Shown: one piece after another, positions 61,501 to 64,000 of the stretch | Position numbering within the stretch: the stretch's first letter is position 1 | Layout of the letters: each line of letters opens with the position of its first letter | Origin: Paraphysomonas bandaiensis | Taxonomy: Eukaryota > Protista > Chrysophyceae | NCBI GenBank assembly: GCA_965644295.1 | Contig: CBFFRP010000288.1 | Coordinates: 124,001-188,000 of the forward strand | Direction of reading: 5' to 3' | DNA: 64,000 nucleotides | Notes under the pieces: generated by a model | Databases searched by the model: none | Told to the model about the DNA's origin: nothing | Seen by the model: only the letters and a program-made list of their open reading frames with translations | Program-made: the position numbers and the translations under genes

Positions 61501-62205
61501 ATGCAGCAACAGCCATCTAGTAATGAAAAGAAAGATAGGGTTATTATTAAAATCATTGTACTAGGATCTAGTAATGTTGGGAAAACAGCACTTATTAAAA
61601 GATACACCACTGGGAAGTTCTCTGAAGATAGAACAGCTACTGTTGGGGCAGATTTTATGACTAAGTTGGTGGATATTATGGGGTATGATGTAGTGATGCA
61701 GATATGGGTAAGTACTTGATTTTAAATGTATTATGAGCATTGTTTTATTTATTTTTAGGATACTGCTGGTCAAGAACGGTTCCACCAAGGCACAATAGGT
61801 GCCCCTTTTTATAGAGGATCAAATGGCTGCCTATTAGTATATGATGTCACAAATGAGAAGTCAATTGAACAGTTACGTCAGTGGAGAGATGAATTAATAT
61901 ACAGAATGGACTCTGAATCCTATTTCCCCATAGTGGTTGTTGGTAACAAAATCGATAAAAGAACAGAAGAGAATGCAGTCAATCAAACTGAGGTTCTACA
62001 ATGGTGTAGGGATAACGAATATGGGCACGTTGAGACGAGTGCAAAGGACGACAGTGGTGTTCATGCAGCCATGATTGCAATCACCGCACTGGCATTAGAA
62101 CAACGAAAGGAAGGAAAAATGCGCACAGACAGTCGAGTTAAAGATACAATCAAAATATCAGATATGTATTCAACACCAGATAAAGGGTGCATGGGGTGTA
62201 TATAA
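61501..62205 (+). CDS. Rab GTPase, Rab7-related, 2 exons
   Basis: GSSNVGKT, TVGADF, WDTAGQERF, FYRG, NKID, ETSAK; C-terminal cysteines CMGCI. Exons 61501-61707 and 61759-62205. Confidence 0.92.
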
Positions 62206-63050
62206 AGCGAACTATAGATATTTGCGTTATCAGGTGATTGATGTAATCGCAGTAACAGATACTTGTGCTACTGACTACCCAGCATTGGCGCACTGCCGAT
62301 GTACTGTTAAGTAAATTTTAAAACCAGGTTGATATGTTGATAATAATTATGAATGCTTAGTATGGCCTTCTCTTTGTACCATCTAAATACAGCCTGTGTT
62401 GAGTATAGGCATGGTCGTAGAAATATGACTTTGGTGCCATTCTCCATAAACCGTAAAGTGGGGGATCGCTGTTGGAAGTCGAATGTGTCCAACGCAGTGA
62501 TCATCAGCAATATATAGTAATATTGTATAGTTGGATAAAACATAGTATAGCAATATATAAGTAAGTGGTATTTGTAGTGGCATATTTTTATGTTGTATTT
62601 AGTCACCTGGGAATATAGTAATTGTCAATTACTAATTTATATGAATTGAAATTTTGTCATCTTGAGGTAAGATTCATGATGGCTTACTAACACTGCTCAT
62701 TTATATATTTCAATAATCAGAAACAATAATGCTGTGGTGCTAATGTAACGCACTATAAGGTGATATGGTGATAATATGTGGTTTAGACGTAGCCGAGAAT
62801 GTTGCTACCTTTTTTCGGTGAAACCTTAGGAACTAAGGAATGGACTGTGTGTGAAAATTCTACCTAGTATGCAGATAAGACATGATGACTCACAAAATCG
62901 CAGTTGGTTATTAAGAATTCTTCATAGATTGTCTAGCATTAACAACGGGAATTCAACACCATGTTAGTTGTCCACATTTTGATCGTAGTGACTTCGCGAA
63001 CATGAAAACTTGAATACACGCCGATCAACCAGCATATATCCTAATAGTAC

Positions 63051-63582
63051 TTAGTTCTGCTTTCTTCTCTCCTTTTCAAGCTACATTAAAATATTATAAG
63101 AATACATAAAGACCATTATATGTTACCTTCTTCTTGCTCAGCTTCTTAGGTGCCTTTGGAGGAGCCTTCTCGGCCAGCAATTTATTGACGTGCATAACGT
63201 ACGCGGCAACACCACCAAACAGAGCAATTACAAAAGCAGCAATCCAATATCCTGGGTGAATTCCATTCCTTGGGGGATTGGAATTTCCAGGCTGGGATTG
63301 AGCATCACCATCATCTTGCTGCTGAGATTGCTGTCGGTTGAATCCACCAGAAAGAGTTTGTACAGCTTGCTGAATTTCCACCTTGCAATCCTGCGATACT
63401 TCCGTCTGTGATTCTATTGCCGCCTCCATCTCGGATCTACATCCAGGGGATACAGTGTTTAAAATAGCCTCGATCATTTCGCGGTTAATTTCGACTTGTT
63501 GTTGCTGCTGCTGTGCATAGCCTGTCTCATACACTGCAGCAAGGAGATAAAAAATCAATGATAGCACAGCAGATGACTTCAT
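63051..63582 (-). CDS. Hypothetical type I membrane protein, 2 exons
   Basis: Signal peptide, Q-rich helical ectodomain with two Cys, TM WIAAFVIALFGGVAAYVM, basic tail KKLSKKK-LEKERRKQN-stop. Confidence 0.8.
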
Positions 63583-64000
63583 AATGATATCAGTATGAGA
63601 CTAAAGGTTGTTGTCTGTAAGTCTGCTATGGTGTATTGCAAGGGCTCCTAAGTGAGGCCACGTTACCACAACCGCACTCTACAATACACCGCATAGGTAC
63701 AGGGTACTGTATATGTGAACTGTATGTATCCGGTGGGTAGCATGATATATATACTGTAGAACTCCCCCTTTTTATTGGATACACAACGAGAAAATCACCG
63801 CATTTTCGAATTACCCATTGAACCTTTTGCGTTTTTCTTGCTAAAAACGCATAATTACGTTTTTTTACCCAAAAAGTTTTAGAAACAGCCTAAAACTCGA
63901 GGAGAATGCTTCAGGATATTCTGTACTATTATAGATATTTACATAAAATACTAGAAAATCCTATATTTTTATGTGTTTTTTTTGGATAAAATAGAGATTT

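Noticed and set aside
63740-64000. AT-rich sequence resembling a transposon end
   Set aside because: Any partner end would be outside the window; cannot be supported.

Overview
Eukaryotic, AT-rich genomic DNA with short GT-AG introns, probably a stramenopile protist (inferred from oomycete-like hAT and Crypton transposons and the gene content). About 17 host genes mostly sit in compact head-to-head pairs, often with (TATG/CATA)n tracts in the spacer: an 11-exon multi-RRM/mitochondrial uS5 protein, PI-PLC-X, CCDC81-like, Rad60/Esc2-like, PSP1, LRR, RRP3/DDX47, a UAA nucleotide-sugar transporter, a PDZ protein, DnaJA, an SGNH hydrolase, a histidine acid phosphatase, RPL11, a Rab GTPase, three hypothetical proteins and a probable Ank-BTB pseudogene. 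The longer, mostly convergent intergenic regions hold transposons: the 3' half of a Ty1/Copia element, at least three hAT families with 8-bp TSDs (two copies nested in older copies of their own family), an intron-containing Crypton remnant capped by an inverted duplication, a PIF/Harbinger remnant, a 5'-truncated LINE inside a minisatellite, and LTR-like repeats. The most unusual items are the ~1026-aa protein joining 5-7 degenerate RRM-like domains to uS5m, and a modular 13+10 bp hAT terminal architecture. No rRNA, tRNA or CRISPR array was recognised. All calls are by eye; no database search was run.
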